Below, piece by piece: positions 28,724 to 37,747 of a stretch of 64,000 nucleotides of DNA. The translations under genes and the position numbers were made by a program. Source of the stretch: Candidatus Levyibacteriota bacterium (lineage in GTDB: Bacteria > Patescibacteriota > Microgenomatia > Levybacterales > UBA12049); contig JACOXT010000003.1 of the NCBI GenBank assembly GCA_016182235.1, forward strand, positions 258,209 to 322,208, written 5' to 3'. Each line of letters opens with the position of its first letter. Positions within the stretch are counted from its first letter, which is position 1. Under the pieces are notes generated by a model. It did no database searches and was not told the origin of the DNA. It was given only the letters and a program-made list of their open reading frames with translations.

Positions 28724-30012
28724 AAAAGAATCCACGATTCCAACTCTTCTTTATTATAATTTTGGCTATCCTAGCTATTTTTGTTAATATCCCGGTTGAG
28801 GGAATTTTCCCTTTTATGAAAAATTTATCTTTCAAAAAAGGCTTGGATCTTGCGGGAGGAACTAGTCTTACGTATAGAGGAGACATGAAGGATGTGGAAG
28901 AAAACCAGAGAGAAAAAGCACTTGATGGAGCAAGGGTCGTGATTGAGCGGAGGATAAATCTTTTTGGGGTTTCAGAGCCGATTATCCAGACTGCGGTAAC
29001 AAATAATGATTACAGGATTATCGTAGAATTGCCAGGAGTTGATATTGATCAAGCAAAAAAAATAATTGGAACTACAGCAGAGCTTTCTTTTTGGGAACAG
29101 GGAGCAAGTATTAGTGCCAAAATAGCAACTCAATCCGCGTATCCTTTGGGGGTTCCAGAGGTCTTGGGAAATAATCCAAAAAAAACTAACTTAACTGGGA
29201 AAGACCTGAAGGAAACTAGCGTTACGTTTGATCCAAATACAGGCAAACCGCAAGTTCAATTAACTTTTACTGATAGCGGAGCAAAAAAATTTGCTGAGAT
29301 AACTGAGAGAAATGTAAATAAAATCGTAGCTATAGTTTTGGATAATGTGGTGATTGAGGCTCCTAGCGTTAACCAGCCAATACTGGGAGGCGATGCGGTT
29401 ATCTCAGGGAGCTTTGATTCTGAGTCCGCGAATGCTTTAAGTACAGCCCTTAATGCAGGTGCTTTGCCTCTGCCTCTTATTCCGCTACAGCAACATGCAG
29501 TTGACGCAACTTTGGGAAACACTTCTCTTTCCAAGAGTTTAATTGCCGGGATTTTGGGGATAGTAATAATAGTTGTTTTTATGGTATTTTTGTATGGAAG
29601 ACTTGGAATTGCCGCTAGCATTGCGCTTATCCTTTACGCTTTATTTGTTCTATCAATTTTTCGACTTAGTAGTCTTACCCCATATGGTATAACCCTTACT
29701 CTTTCTGGTATTGCGGGTTTTATTTTGTCCATTGGAATGGCAGTTGATGCAAATATCTTGATCTTTGAAAGAACAAAAGAGGAACTTCGTCTTGGGAGAA
29801 GTAAAGAAAATGCAATGAGCCTTGGTTTTTCAAGAGCATGGACGTCTATCAGAGATTCAAATATTGCAACTCTTATCACATGTTTTATCTTATATAGTTT
29901 TGGGAATGGGATGGTAAAGGGATTTGCTTTAGTTTTGGCAATTGGAGTTTTGGTGTCAATGTTTTCAGCAATTGTCGTAACAAGAACTTTGTTGAGAGTA
30001 ATTTATCGTTAA
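28720..30012 (+). CDS. secD: protein translocase subunit SecD
   Basis: GLDLAGGTSL, RINLFGVSEP and C-terminal 6-TM SecD/F domain motifs. Followed by secF. Confidence 0.9.
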   Translation: MKKNPRFQLFFIIILAILAIFVNIPVEGIFPFMKNLSFKKGLDLAGGTSLTYRGDMKDVEENQREKALDGARVVIERRINLFGVSEPIIQTAVTNNDYRIIVELPGVDIDQAKKIIGTTAELSFWEQGASISAKIATQSAYPLGVPEVLGNNPKKTNLTGKDLKETSVTFDPNTGKPQVQLTFTDSGAKKFAEITERNVNKIVAIVLDNVVIEAPSVNQPILGGDAVISGSFDSESANALSTALNAGALPLPLIPLQQHAVDATLGNTSLSKSLIAGILGIVIIVVFMVFLYGRLGIAASIALILYALFVLSIFRLSSLTPYGITLTLSGIAGFILSIGMAVDANILIFERTKEELRLGRSKENAMSLGFSRAWTSIRDSNIATLITCFILYSFGNGMVKGFALVLAIGVLVSMFSAIVVTRTLLRVIYR

Positions 30013-30017
30013 GGGTT

Positions 30018-30923
30018 ATGGATATTATTGGTAAGAAAAATTATTATTTTGTTTTGTCACTGGTTATTCTTATTCCAGGACTGGTCGCTCTTATTTTGTG
30101 GGGGCTTAATCTTTCTATTGACTTTACGGGTGGTTCAAGACTTACTCTTGCTTTTAAAGATGAGGTTAGCGAAAAAACAATACAAGGCGTACGTAAAAAT
30201 TTAGAATCTCAAAATATTGAAACATATGTACTAGAAAAATCTGATAACTTGATTTTTGTCCGTACAAGTCCAATAAGCGAAGATCAAGATAATAAACTTA
30301 TTTCCAGCTTGACAAAAAGTTTAAAAGATATACAACAAAAGGAATTCGAAACGATAGGCCCTACAATTGGCAAGGAAACTACACTAAACGCTCTTAAGGC
30401 TGTAGTTATAGCTTCCATACTTATTGTCTTTTATATAGCCTGGTCTTTTAGACATGTTCCAAAACCTGCAAGTAGTATTAGGTTTGGGGTTTGTGCGATT
30501 GTTGCATTAATTCATGACGCATTGGTTGTGGTTGGCATTTTTGCAATACTGGGACACTTTTTTGGAGTTGAAATAGATTCTCTTTTCGTAACAGCAATCC
30601 TTACGATTATAGGATTTTCTGTTCATGATACTATAGTCGTTTTCGATAGAATAAGAGAAAATCTTCGAAAAATGTCTGATTTAACATTTTCTGAGGTTGT
30701 AAATAAGTCAATTATAGAGACTTTAGTTCGTTCACTTAACACCTCTTTAACTGTTGTTCTTGTTCTTGTTTCGTTACTCCTTTTTGGAGGGGAAAGTATT
30801 CGGTGGTTTGTAGTCGCACTTTTAATAGGAATCATTAGCGGCACTTATTCATCTATTTTCAATGCCTCACCTTTTTTAGTCCTTTGGCACGAATTAAGAA
30901 GTAAGAAAAAAAATAAGATTTAA
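30018..30923 (+). CDS. secF: protein translocase subunit SecF
   Basis: GLNLSIDFTGGS, HDTIVVFDRIREN; 301 aa. Confidence 0.9.
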   Translation: MDIIGKKNYYFVLSLVILIPGLVALILWGLNLSIDFTGGSRLTLAFKDEVSEKTIQGVRKNLESQNIETYVLEKSDNLIFVRTSPISEDQDNKLISSLTKSLKDIQQKEFETIGPTIGKETTLNALKAVVIASILIVFYIAWSFRHVPKPASSIRFGVCAIVALIHDALVVVGIFAILGHFFGVEIDSLFVTAILTIIGFSVHDTIVVFDRIRENLRKMSDLTFSEVVNKSIIETLVRSLNTSLTVVLVLVSLLLFGGESIRWFVVALLIGIISGTYSSIFNASPFLVLWHELRSKKKNKI

Positions 30924-31369
30924 GACAGTTCTTCTTTAACAATCTTACTTACCAACCCTCCATCTGCTTTTCCTTTAATCTTGGCCATTAAAATTCCCAT
31001 TACTTTCCCCATGTCTTTGACGCTTGTAGCATTTGTTTCAATAAGCGCATCTTTTACCAATTTTCTAATTCCATCTTCATTCATCTGCTTCGGTAAGTAT
31101 TGTTGCAAAATTTGAAGTTCTTTTGTTTCTTTCTCAACCAGCTCAGGACGATTTGCATTTTTGAATTGCTCAATTGAATCCCTATGCTGTTTTGCCTCTT
31201 TTTGAATAACTGTTAATATATCTTCATCTGTTGCCTCATATCCCGCTCCGCCCTTCTGAATTTCATAATACGTAACTCCCGAAATGAGCATTCGAAGTAC
31301 GGAAGTTTTTAGTACATCTTTTGCCAACATTGATTGCTTGAGTTCTTCTTGAAATTTTTGTTTTAACAT
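30920..31369 (-). CDS. GatB/YqeY domain protein
   Basis: Full-length YqeY pattern (LKTSVLRML...IQKEAKQHRDSIEQF...LQQYLP...GKADGGLVSKIVKEEL). Confidence 0.8.
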   Translation of the reverse strand: MLKQKFQEELKQSMLAKDVLKTSVLRMLISGVTYYEIQKGGAGYEATDEDILTVIQKEAKQHRDSIEQFKNANRPELVEKETKELQILQQYLPKQMNEDGIRKLVKDALIETNATSVKDMGKVMGILMAKIKGKADGGLVSKIVKEELS

Positions 31370-31375
31370 AATTTA

Positions 31376-31840
31376 TTACCTGTATATAATAATCATTCTT
31401 CTTATTATTATGTCATCTTTTGATTTCAAAAAATCACCAGAAAAATCAAACCAAACTCTTTTGAAAGTCTGTCTATCTATAGTTCTTAATCCACCCAATT
31501 CTGGATCCTGCAAATAAACATTTTCTTTGTCAAGATCAACAACTACAGAATAATGTCCATCGTCTGTAGAAAACCAGTCTACTATTACAGGAATATTTTT
31601 ATTAAGGATATAAAGTTCAAGGTCTTTTATATCGGAGAAATCCTTAACTATGCCTCTAAACCCTAACTCTTTTGCTGCTTTCAGCAACCCTTTTGAATCA
31701 ACGCCAGAATGAGTTGTTGCGCCGGCTAGGTCAGCCAACTCTTTTTCACTTCTTTTGGTACCAAAATAATCAAGAACCATTTTCAAAGAAGCAGGTCCAC
31801 AAAGCCCAGATGATTGTCTAAAAGGTTTTACATTTAGCAT
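31376..31840 (-). CDS. stand-alone papain-like cysteine peptidase (C39-like domain)
   Basis: Internal ATG chosen (MLNVKPFRQSSGLCGPASLKMVLDYFG; Cys in GLCGPAS, later HYSVVVD). This start lies 1 nt after the stop of the ABC permease gene. Confidence 0.6.
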   Translation of the reverse strand: MLNVKPFRQSSGLCGPASLKMVLDYFGTKRSEKELADLAGATTHSGVDSKGLLKAAKELGFRGIVKDFSDIKDLELYILNKNIPVIVDWFSTDDGHYSVVVDLDKENVYLQDPELGGLRTIDRQTFKRVWFDFSGDFLKSKDDIIIRRMIIIYR

Positions 31841-31841
31841 A

Positions 31842-32627
31842 TTATCCTTCCATTCTAGCAAATTGCCCTGTATCTTTGGATTTGCTAAACATGATATTAA
31901 AAAACCAGAGGGAAAGCAGAAAGTAGAAAATGTTCCATCCAAACGCGATTCCAATATTAAGAAAGTCGATAGATGGATTTGTAAGGCTTTCTCTTGCTGC
32001 TTCAAAAACATAAGTAGCAGGAAGTAAATATGCTATTGTCTGAAGAGAATTGGGAAGGACGCTAACTGGAAAAAACATAGCGGTTAAGGGTTGAAAAATA
32101 AAAATGCTTCCCCATGCAAAAGCTTGGATTCTCGTACCATATCTAAATATTAGCCCAAGAATGAAAATTCCAACAGACCAAGCAAAAATAGTAAGGTTGA
32201 TAAAGAAAAAGGATAAATTTAAGATACCCATGCTAAAGACGTTAAATTGAAAAACAAGTAACGAAATAATTGCTACGAACATAAAAATTAAAAGCGCTTT
32301 TATTACTCCAGCCATCATCTCAGCTACGATATACTCTCTTAGCGATAAAGGGGTAATGAACATATTGCTTAGATTCTTAGACCATACATTCCAAAGGCTG
32401 CCAACAGACATAGAATATTGTGTAACTCTAATTATTTCCCAAAGGAGCATTCCCAATAGCAGGTAGCGGCCGGCTTGAGGATTATCCTTTGACAAAAAGA
32501 TAAATACGAATCCAAATACAACTATGTTTATTACTGAAAAATAAAAAAGATCTATAATTACCTCCAGAGAGCGTTTGGTAATATACAATTCCTGAAGAAG
32601 TATTGCTTTAATTATTTGAATTGACAT
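31842..32627 (-). CDS. ABC-2 type transporter permease
   Basis: Six TM segments. I chose the ATG at 32627, which is preceded by AAGGAAAG. It overlaps the end of the ATPase gene. Confidence 0.7.
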   Translation of the reverse strand: MSIQIIKAILLQELYITKRSLEVIIDLFYFSVINIVVFGFVFIFLSKDNPQAGRYLLLGMLLWEIIRVTQYSMSVGSLWNVWSKNLSNMFITPLSLREYIVAEMMAGVIKALLIFMFVAIISLLVFQFNVFSMGILNLSFFFINLTIFAWSVGIFILGLIFRYGTRIQAFAWGSIFIFQPLTAMFFPVSVLPNSLQTIAYLLPATYVFEAARESLTNPSIDFLNIGIAFGWNIFYFLLSLWFFNIMFSKSKDTGQFARMEG

Positions 32628-33546
32628 ATTTATCTTTCCTTGCCATTTGCAGAAAGAAGTCTTCAAGCGTTGGCTTCTTTACTTCAATATCGGTAATCCA
32701 TATCCCACTCTCACCAAGTCCAAAAATAATCTTTGGGATAAATCTCTCTTCAGTACTGATTATTACTAGATTATTATCTGTAAGAGCATACTTTTGATTG
32801 TGGTCTTTCAAATATTTTTTAACAGTATTCTTGTCACCGTCAAATATTAATCTTAGCTGAGTTCTTGATATGCGTTTAGTAAGACCAAGAGGGGAATCTT
32901 CCGCAACGATTCTACCATGATCTAAAAAGATTACCCTATCGCAAACTCTGGTAATCTCGTCCATATTATGGCTTGTGTACAATAAAGATATATTTCTTGA
33001 TTTTTTAAGCATCTCAATTAACGAAAGTGTTTTATCTGCAATATCTGGATCTAAGCTGGCGGTGGGTTCGTCCATGAGGATAATCTCCGGATCATTAATA
33101 AGAGCCTTAATAAGGTTGACTCGGGTTTTTTGCCCTGCAGATAAGTCCCAGTAACGAGTTGAGAGCATATCGGTAATTTCAAAATACTCGACAAAATCCA
33201 TTATTTTTTTTCTTGGATTTTTTACTCTATAAAGATTGGCAAAGACCAGTAAGTTTTCCCAAATAGAGATCCTACCCTGGAGAGTATTAAACGCTGATGC
33301 AAAGTTAACTCTTTGTAGGCAATATCGTCGATTGCTGTATAAATCTTTACCAAAATATTTAATAGTGCCATTAGTAGTCTGAGTAATGCCAAGAAGCATA
33401 TGGATTGTGGTTGTTTTTCCTGCGCCATTTGGTCCAAGAAGGCCTAATACTTCTCCTTTTTTCAAAGAAAAAGAAATATCATGAACTGCAGTGAAATCTT
33501 TAAATTTTTTGGTAAGGTTTCTCACTTCTAAAATCGAATTATCCAT
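32608..33546 (-). CDS. ABC transporter ATP-binding protein
   Basis: Walker A GPNGAGKTT, signature LSAGQKTR, Walker B ILMDEPT. Confidence 0.9.
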   Translation of the reverse strand: MDNSILEVRNLTKKFKDFTAVHDISFSLKKGEVLGLLGPNGAGKTTTIHMLLGITQTTNGTIKYFGKDLYSNRRYCLQRVNFASAFNTLQGRISIWENLLVFANLYRVKNPRKKIMDFVEYFEITDMLSTRYWDLSAGQKTRVNLIKALINDPEIILMDEPTASLDPDIADKTLSLIEMLKKSRNISLLYTSHNMDEITRVCDRVIFLDHGRIVAEDSPLGLTKRISRTQLRLIFDGDKNTVKKYLKDHNQKYALTDNNLVIISTEERFIPKIIFGLGESGIWITDIEVKKPTLEDFFLQMARKDKYVNSNN

Positions 33547-33607
33547 AGCTTCTTAGATTGTATCATCTTTAAGGATTTAATTTAAACGGAAGATTTGGAG
33601 AAGTAAA

Positions 33608-33631
33608 TTATCGTTGACTAGACGACGATAA
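33608..33631. promoter_or_regulatory. 24-nt quasi-palindrome TTATCGTTGACTAGACGACGATAA (site A of the second YerC-like gene)
   Basis: 20 of 24 positions are self-complementary. It lies 11 nt past the stop of the YerC-like gene, upstream of the ABC operon. Confidence 0.5.
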
Positions 33632-33642
33632 ATTGTCTAACA

Positions 33643-34053
33643 TTATCTTTTTATATCAGTTCTTTTAATACCGGTATATTCTCTTTTTTTGAATACAAGC
33701 TGGGATCCTCCGATTGAACGATACTTTTTCTCTTTATATTCTTTTTCCACTTTTTTACCTCGTTTTTCAATAAGTTCAAATGCAATAGGACGATTGTCGA
33801 GTTGTCTCATTACCGAAAAAATTGTGTTTTTTCCTACTTTGAGTTCTTTTACAATCTCCTCTATATGTATTCCTGATTTAATATATTCGGCTATAATTAT
33901 TCTTCTTCCGATCTTCATTTTTTCATCATGAGTTAAGAGACCGTTTATAATTTCATCTACTTCATTTCCATCTTTTGCAGCAAGGAATACATCTCGCAGT
34001 CTATTGAAGGCTTCATATATAAGCTCTTTCGTCAGAAATTTGTACCTTCTCAT
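33643..34053 (-). CDS. YerC/YecD (TrpR-like) DNA-binding protein, second paralogue
   Basis: LLTHDEKMKIGRRIIIAEYIKSGIHIEEIVKELKVGKNTIFSV, the same pattern as the 13898..14356 product. Confidence 0.7.
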   Translation of the reverse strand: MRRYKFLTKELIYEAFNRLRDVFLAAKDGNEVDEIINGLLTHDEKMKIGRRIIIAEYIKSGIHIEEIVKELKVGKNTIFSVMRQLDNRPIAFELIEKRGKKVEKEYKEKKYRSIGGSQLVFKKREYTGIKRTDIKR

Positions 34054-34058
34054 ACTGA

Positions 34059-34082
34059 GTATCGTTGTCTAGTCAACAAAAT
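34059..34082. promoter_or_regulatory. site B, related to site A (shares TATCGTTG-n-CTAG; core GTCTAGTCAAC is the reverse complement of GTTGACTAGAC in site A)
   Basis: It starts 5-6 nt upstream of the regulator's ATG, the same placement as palindrome 14362-14393 at the first paralogue. Confidence 0.5.
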
Positions 34083-34152
34083 AAAAATAAAATCTAAAAC
34101 GAAAACATTGTTGTTATAGTAACTTTTATTTTTTAATGTATTGAATCTTATA

Positions 34153-35529
34153 TTATCTGAGACTTTTGATTCTTGTTAGCAAATATTCTCGATTATTTTT
34201 TGATAAATCTTCATCGACCTCTTCGAAAAGTTTTTGGAGAATCTCACCAACCTTTGGACTTGGTTTAATATTCAGTTCTCCCATAATATCATTACCGTCA
34301 ATTGCTAAGTCATTGATAGAAAAAGGCAAAGGCTTGAGTTGGTCTTCAATCCGTTTTTTAAAAAGCTTTAGTCTCCAGCTTTCAGCGGTTTGCGTCCCTC
34401 CTCCCAGCCGATCACCGATTCGAAGATCCATCATGTCTTTTACATTTTCCACTCCAACTCTTCGAATAAATCTTCGGATAGCTGCATCTGTTATTTTTTC
34501 ATCAACTGTAAACATATGCCAACGAATAAGATTGACTGTTTTATCTCGGTCCTGCCTAGAGAATTTTAATCTTTCGCAAATAGCTTTTGCAATTCGTGAT
34601 CCTGCGATTTCGTGATTATGAAAAATAACAAATCCTTGTTCGTCAAATCCTCGGACTTTTGGCTTTCCAACATCGTGAAGAAGTGTTGCGAATCGGACAA
34701 CTGGATCTTCTGAGGGGCAAAATCTTAATGATAAAAGATTGTGGGTAAACACATCGTCCACATGATGTCGGCCAGGCCTTGCCTGAGAAATACCGATGCC
34801 TTCAATGATCTCTGGGAGAATAAAAGTTAAAAGACCTGCGTTTTTTAAGAGCATAACGCCTTCATATGGACTGCCGCTCGCCAAAATTCTAAGTAGCTCA
34901 ATACGTATCCTTTCTCCTGAGATATTGGTAATAAGTTTTGCGTCTGAAATTATTTCTTGCCAGGTTTTTTCCTCAATCGTAAAAGAATGATCGGTTGCGA
35001 TTCGAACAGCCCGCATAAGCCGAAGCGCGTCTTCCTTAAACCGTATTTTTGGATCTCCGACAGCACGAACTATTTTTAGTTTGATATCGTTTTGGCCGTT
35101 GTAGGGATCAATTATTTCAAAGTTTTGGGGTTTACCCTGAGCAAATGAAGGGAGTTGAAGGGCTATTGCATTTATGGTAAAATCGCGGCGGGCGAGGTCT
35201 TCTTCAATTGACTTTCCCCACCGAACAGAATCTGGTCTTCTTCTATCGCTGTAACCCTTTTCAGTCCTGAACGTAGTTATTTCTACGACCATTTTCTTAT
35301 TTCCAACTTCTATTGGGATTCCAACTGTTCCAAATTTATTATCGTAAAAACCATCAAGAAAAAGTTCTAAGATTTGTTCAGGCGTTGCATTTGTAGTCAT
35401 ATCCCAGTCCTTTACTGGTTTTTTAAGAAGTAAATTGCGGACGCATCCTCCAACTAAATATACGTCAAAACCAGCGTTTACAAATTTTTTATAAACAGCA
35501 ATAATTTCTTCTGGAATATGCTTAGTCAT
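34153..35529 (-). CDS. cca: CCA-adding enzyme (tRNA nucleotidyltransferase with HD domain)
   Basis: GGCVRNLLL and DWD in the N-terminal PolyA_pol head; HD domain (LLHDVGKP). Confidence 0.85.
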   Translation of the reverse strand: MTKHIPEEIIAVYKKFVNAGFDVYLVGGCVRNLLLKKPVKDWDMTTNATPEQILELFLDGFYDNKFGTVGIPIEVGNKKMVVEITTFRTEKGYSDRRRPDSVRWGKSIEEDLARRDFTINAIALQLPSFAQGKPQNFEIIDPYNGQNDIKLKIVRAVGDPKIRFKEDALRLMRAVRIATDHSFTIEEKTWQEIISDAKLITNISGERIRIELLRILASGSPYEGVMLLKNAGLLTFILPEIIEGIGISQARPGRHHVDDVFTHNLLSLRFCPSEDPVVRFATLLHDVGKPKVRGFDEQGFVIFHNHEIAGSRIAKAICERLKFSRQDRDKTVNLIRWHMFTVDEKITDAAIRRFIRRVGVENVKDMMDLRIGDRLGGGTQTAESWRLKLFKKRIEDQLKPLPFSINDLAIDGNDIMGELNIKPSPKVGEILQKLFEEVDEDLSKNNREYLLTRIKSLR

Positions 35530-35558
35530 CCTGTTATAGTATAGCAGAAGTATGAAGT

Positions 35559-37313
35559 ATGAAGGATGAAATAAGAAGTAAGAAAAAATGGAAAATCTTG
35601 AGCGAATCAGGAATTAGGAATCAGAAAATGGGAATCAGAAAATTGATAAAAATTTTACTGAATAATCGGGGGATTAAGACGAAGAAAGAGACTGAAGGGT
35701 TTTTGAACCCAAGACTTGAGAGCGTCACCGTTGAGAATGTCGGAATTAATAAAAAAGAACTAAAAAAGGCAATTATTAGAATTAAAGACGCAATAAAGAA
35801 AAATGAACAAATTGTAATTTTTGGTGATTATGATGTTGATGGAATTTGTGGTACAGCCATTCTTTGGGAAACTCTAAATAAATTGGGAGCAAAAGTCATT
35901 CCCTATATTCCTCACCGAGCTGAAGAGGGTTATGGGTTGTCAATTACTGGAATATCAAATATTAAGAATAAAATACCTGTCTCGCCGACAGGCGGGCAAA
36001 ATATAAAATTAATTATAACTGTTGATAATGGGATTGTCGCAAATAAAGCTGTTGAATTTGCAAATAAAAATGAAATAGATGTAATTATTACCGATCATCA
36101 TGTTGCCTCTAAAAAATTGCCAGATGCTTTGGCGATTGTACATACGACCAAACTTTGCGGAACAGGAGTGGCTTGGTTGCTATCTAAAAATGTCATTCTG
36201 AGTGAAGCGAAGAATCCAGGAGATCCTTCGGCTATGCCTCAGGATGACAATATGAATGAAAGTCATCTGGAGCTTGTGGCGTTGGCGACTGTTGCGGATT
36301 TGGTTCCATTACAAGGGGCAAATAGAACTCTCTTGAAGTCTGGATTAGAGAGTTTAGGAAAAACAAAAAGAGTAGGGCTTTTGGAATTATTTAAGGAGGG
36401 AGGATTAGATAAAAATTCAATTGGGGTTTACGAAATAGGACATATTATCGCGCCTCGACTTAATGCTATGGGTCGCCTAGAGTATGCTATGGATAGTCTT
36501 AGGCTTCTTTGCACTAACAATAAAAAAAAGGCGGAAGAATTAGCCATGCTTTTGGGAAATACCAATAGGGAAAGACAGGAATTAACTATGCAAACAGTTT
36601 TACATGCAAAAGACTCAATTTCAGATAATGGGTTATCGTCAAAGAAACTTTTGTTTGTTGCTCATAAGAATTATGAACAGGGTATTATTGGTCTTGTCGC
36701 TGGGAAGATGGTTGATGAATATTATCGTCCGTCAATTGTTGTTTCCATTGGGGAAAAAATAAGTAAAGGATCAGCAAGATCTGTAAGCGGATTTAATATT
36801 ATTGAATTTATTCGAGAGTCCTCCTCGTATCTTGTTGACGCTGGAGGACATCCGATGGCGGCAGGTTTTACAGTCGAAACAACAAAGCTTTTAGAGCTTC
36901 GAAAAGACTTAGAAGAAAGAGTTCAGTCTTTGATTGATGGTGAAACGCTTGCTCGAAGCTTAAATATTGACTGTGAGTTACCGCTGTCTTTGGTTAATCA
37001 AGATGTTTATGATGCCCTCCAAAGATTGGCACCTTTTGGAATGAAAAATCCAGAGCCTGCATTTATGGCAAAGGATGTAGAAATAGAAGATTTGAGATTA
37101 GTAGGTTATAACTCTAATCATTTAAAGCTAAGGCTGAGAGATTCCTCAAAAACAATTGATGCGATCGCATTTGGCATGGGAGAGATGTCAAAAGAAGTAC
37201 ATGTAGGAGACAAAATAAGTGTTGTATATGTAATTGATGAAAATGTTTGGAATGGAAATAAAAAATTACAGCTGAAAATTAAAGATATTAGAAGATTTAT
37301 TTATCTAACTTGA
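35559..37313 (+). CDS. recJ: single-stranded-DNA-specific exonuclease RecJ
   Basis: DHH family motifs (IFGDYDVDGICG, ITVDNGI, VIITDHH), DHHA1 (GGHPMAAG) and a C-terminal OB-like domain. Confidence 0.9.
   Translation: MKDEIRSKKKWKILSESGIRNQKMGIRKLIKILLNNRGIKTKKETEGFLNPRLESVTVENVGINKKELKKAIIRIKDAIKKNEQIVIFGDYDVDGICGTAILWETLNKLGAKVIPYIPHRAEEGYGLSITGISNIKNKIPVSPTGGQNIKLIITVDNGIVANKAVEFANKNEIDVIITDHHVASKKLPDALAIVHTTKLCGTGVAWLLSKNVILSEAKNPGDPSAMPQDDNMNESHLELVALATVADLVPLQGANRTLLKSGLESLGKTKRVGLLELFKEGGLDKNSIGVYEIGHIIAPRLNAMGRLEYAMDSLRLLCTNNKKKAEELAMLLGNTNRERQELTMQTVLHAKDSISDNGLSSKKLLFVAHKNYEQGIIGLVAGKMVDEYYRPSIVVSIGEKISKGSARSVSGFNIIEFIRESSSYLVDAGGHPMAAGFTVETTKLLELRKDLEERVQSLIDGETLARSLNIDCELPLSLVNQDVYDALQRLAPFGMKNPEPAFMAKDVEIEDLRLVGYNSNHLKLRLRDSSKTIDAIAFGMGEMSKEVHVGDKISVVYVIDENVWNGNKKLQLKIKDIRRFIYLT
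35976..35996 (+). repeat. GC-rich mini-hairpin CCTGTCTCGCCGACAGGCGGG inside recJ (encodes PVSPTGG)
   Basis: CCTGTC/GACAGG stem. Local GC is far above the surrounding coding sequence. Confidence 0.5.
36193..36249 (+). repeat. 57-nt imperfect hairpin repeat inserted in frame in recJ
   Basis: GTCATTCTGAG...CTCAGGATGAC termini with internal GAAGCGAAGAATC / GATCCTTCGGC pairing. 19 codons encoding VILSEAKNPGDPSAMPQDD. Confidence 0.6.
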
Positions 37314-37651
37314 TTATTTACTCGACCTAGACCATTAACAATGCTTACTAAATTAGTAGATATATCGTGTTGTTCACGTGCTGTTGCCGCATGAAATTTA
37401 CCTATTATTGCTGTTACATTATTTCGAACTGCTCTCCTGTCAACACCCAATCCTAGGAGATGGTTAGCGTAAGTATTTACACAACTTTCAAAGCCATCTT
37501 TATCTACAACATGGTTTGGGTATATTTGATATACTCCATCGTCATAGCATGCCCCTATAGCTCCTCCGTCAACTGCTCTTCGTAAATTATCAAATACACT
37601 TTGTGCATACGATGAAGAAGCATGTGTTGTCCTGCTTTCTATTTCAGTCAT
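37301..37651 (-). CDS. hypothetical protein (orphan, 116 aa from the internal ATG)
   Basis: ORF convergent with recJ and overlapping its 3' end by 13 nt. I prefer the start MTEIES because an 18-bp palindrome/promoter region lies just upstream. The track start at 37747 abuts another palindrome. Confidence 0.4.
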   Translation of the reverse strand: MTEIESRTTHASSSYAQSVFDNLRRAVDGGAIGACYDDGVYQIYPNHVVDKDGFESCVNTYANHLLGLGVDRRAVRNNVTAIIGKFHAATAREQHDISTNLVSIVNGLGRVNNQVR

Positions 37652-37663
37652 ATAATAAAATAA

Positions 37664-37681
37664 AGTCGCATATATGCGACT
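37664..37681. promoter_or_regulatory. perfect 18-bp palindrome AGTCGCATATATGCGACT
   Basis: 12 nt upstream of the ATG at 37651 (minus strand). Confidence 0.4.
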
Positions 37682-37747
37682 ATTGACTAATAAGATACAG
37701 TTTTTTAAAAAGTCTAGCTTGACGTTTGTCTGACAAAAAGATGACAT

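Noticed and set aside
34166-34990. Plus-strand ORFs 34166..34615 and 34796..34990 (and 33689..33931).
   Set aside because: They lie antisense to cca and to the YerC-like gene, both of which have clear family motifs.
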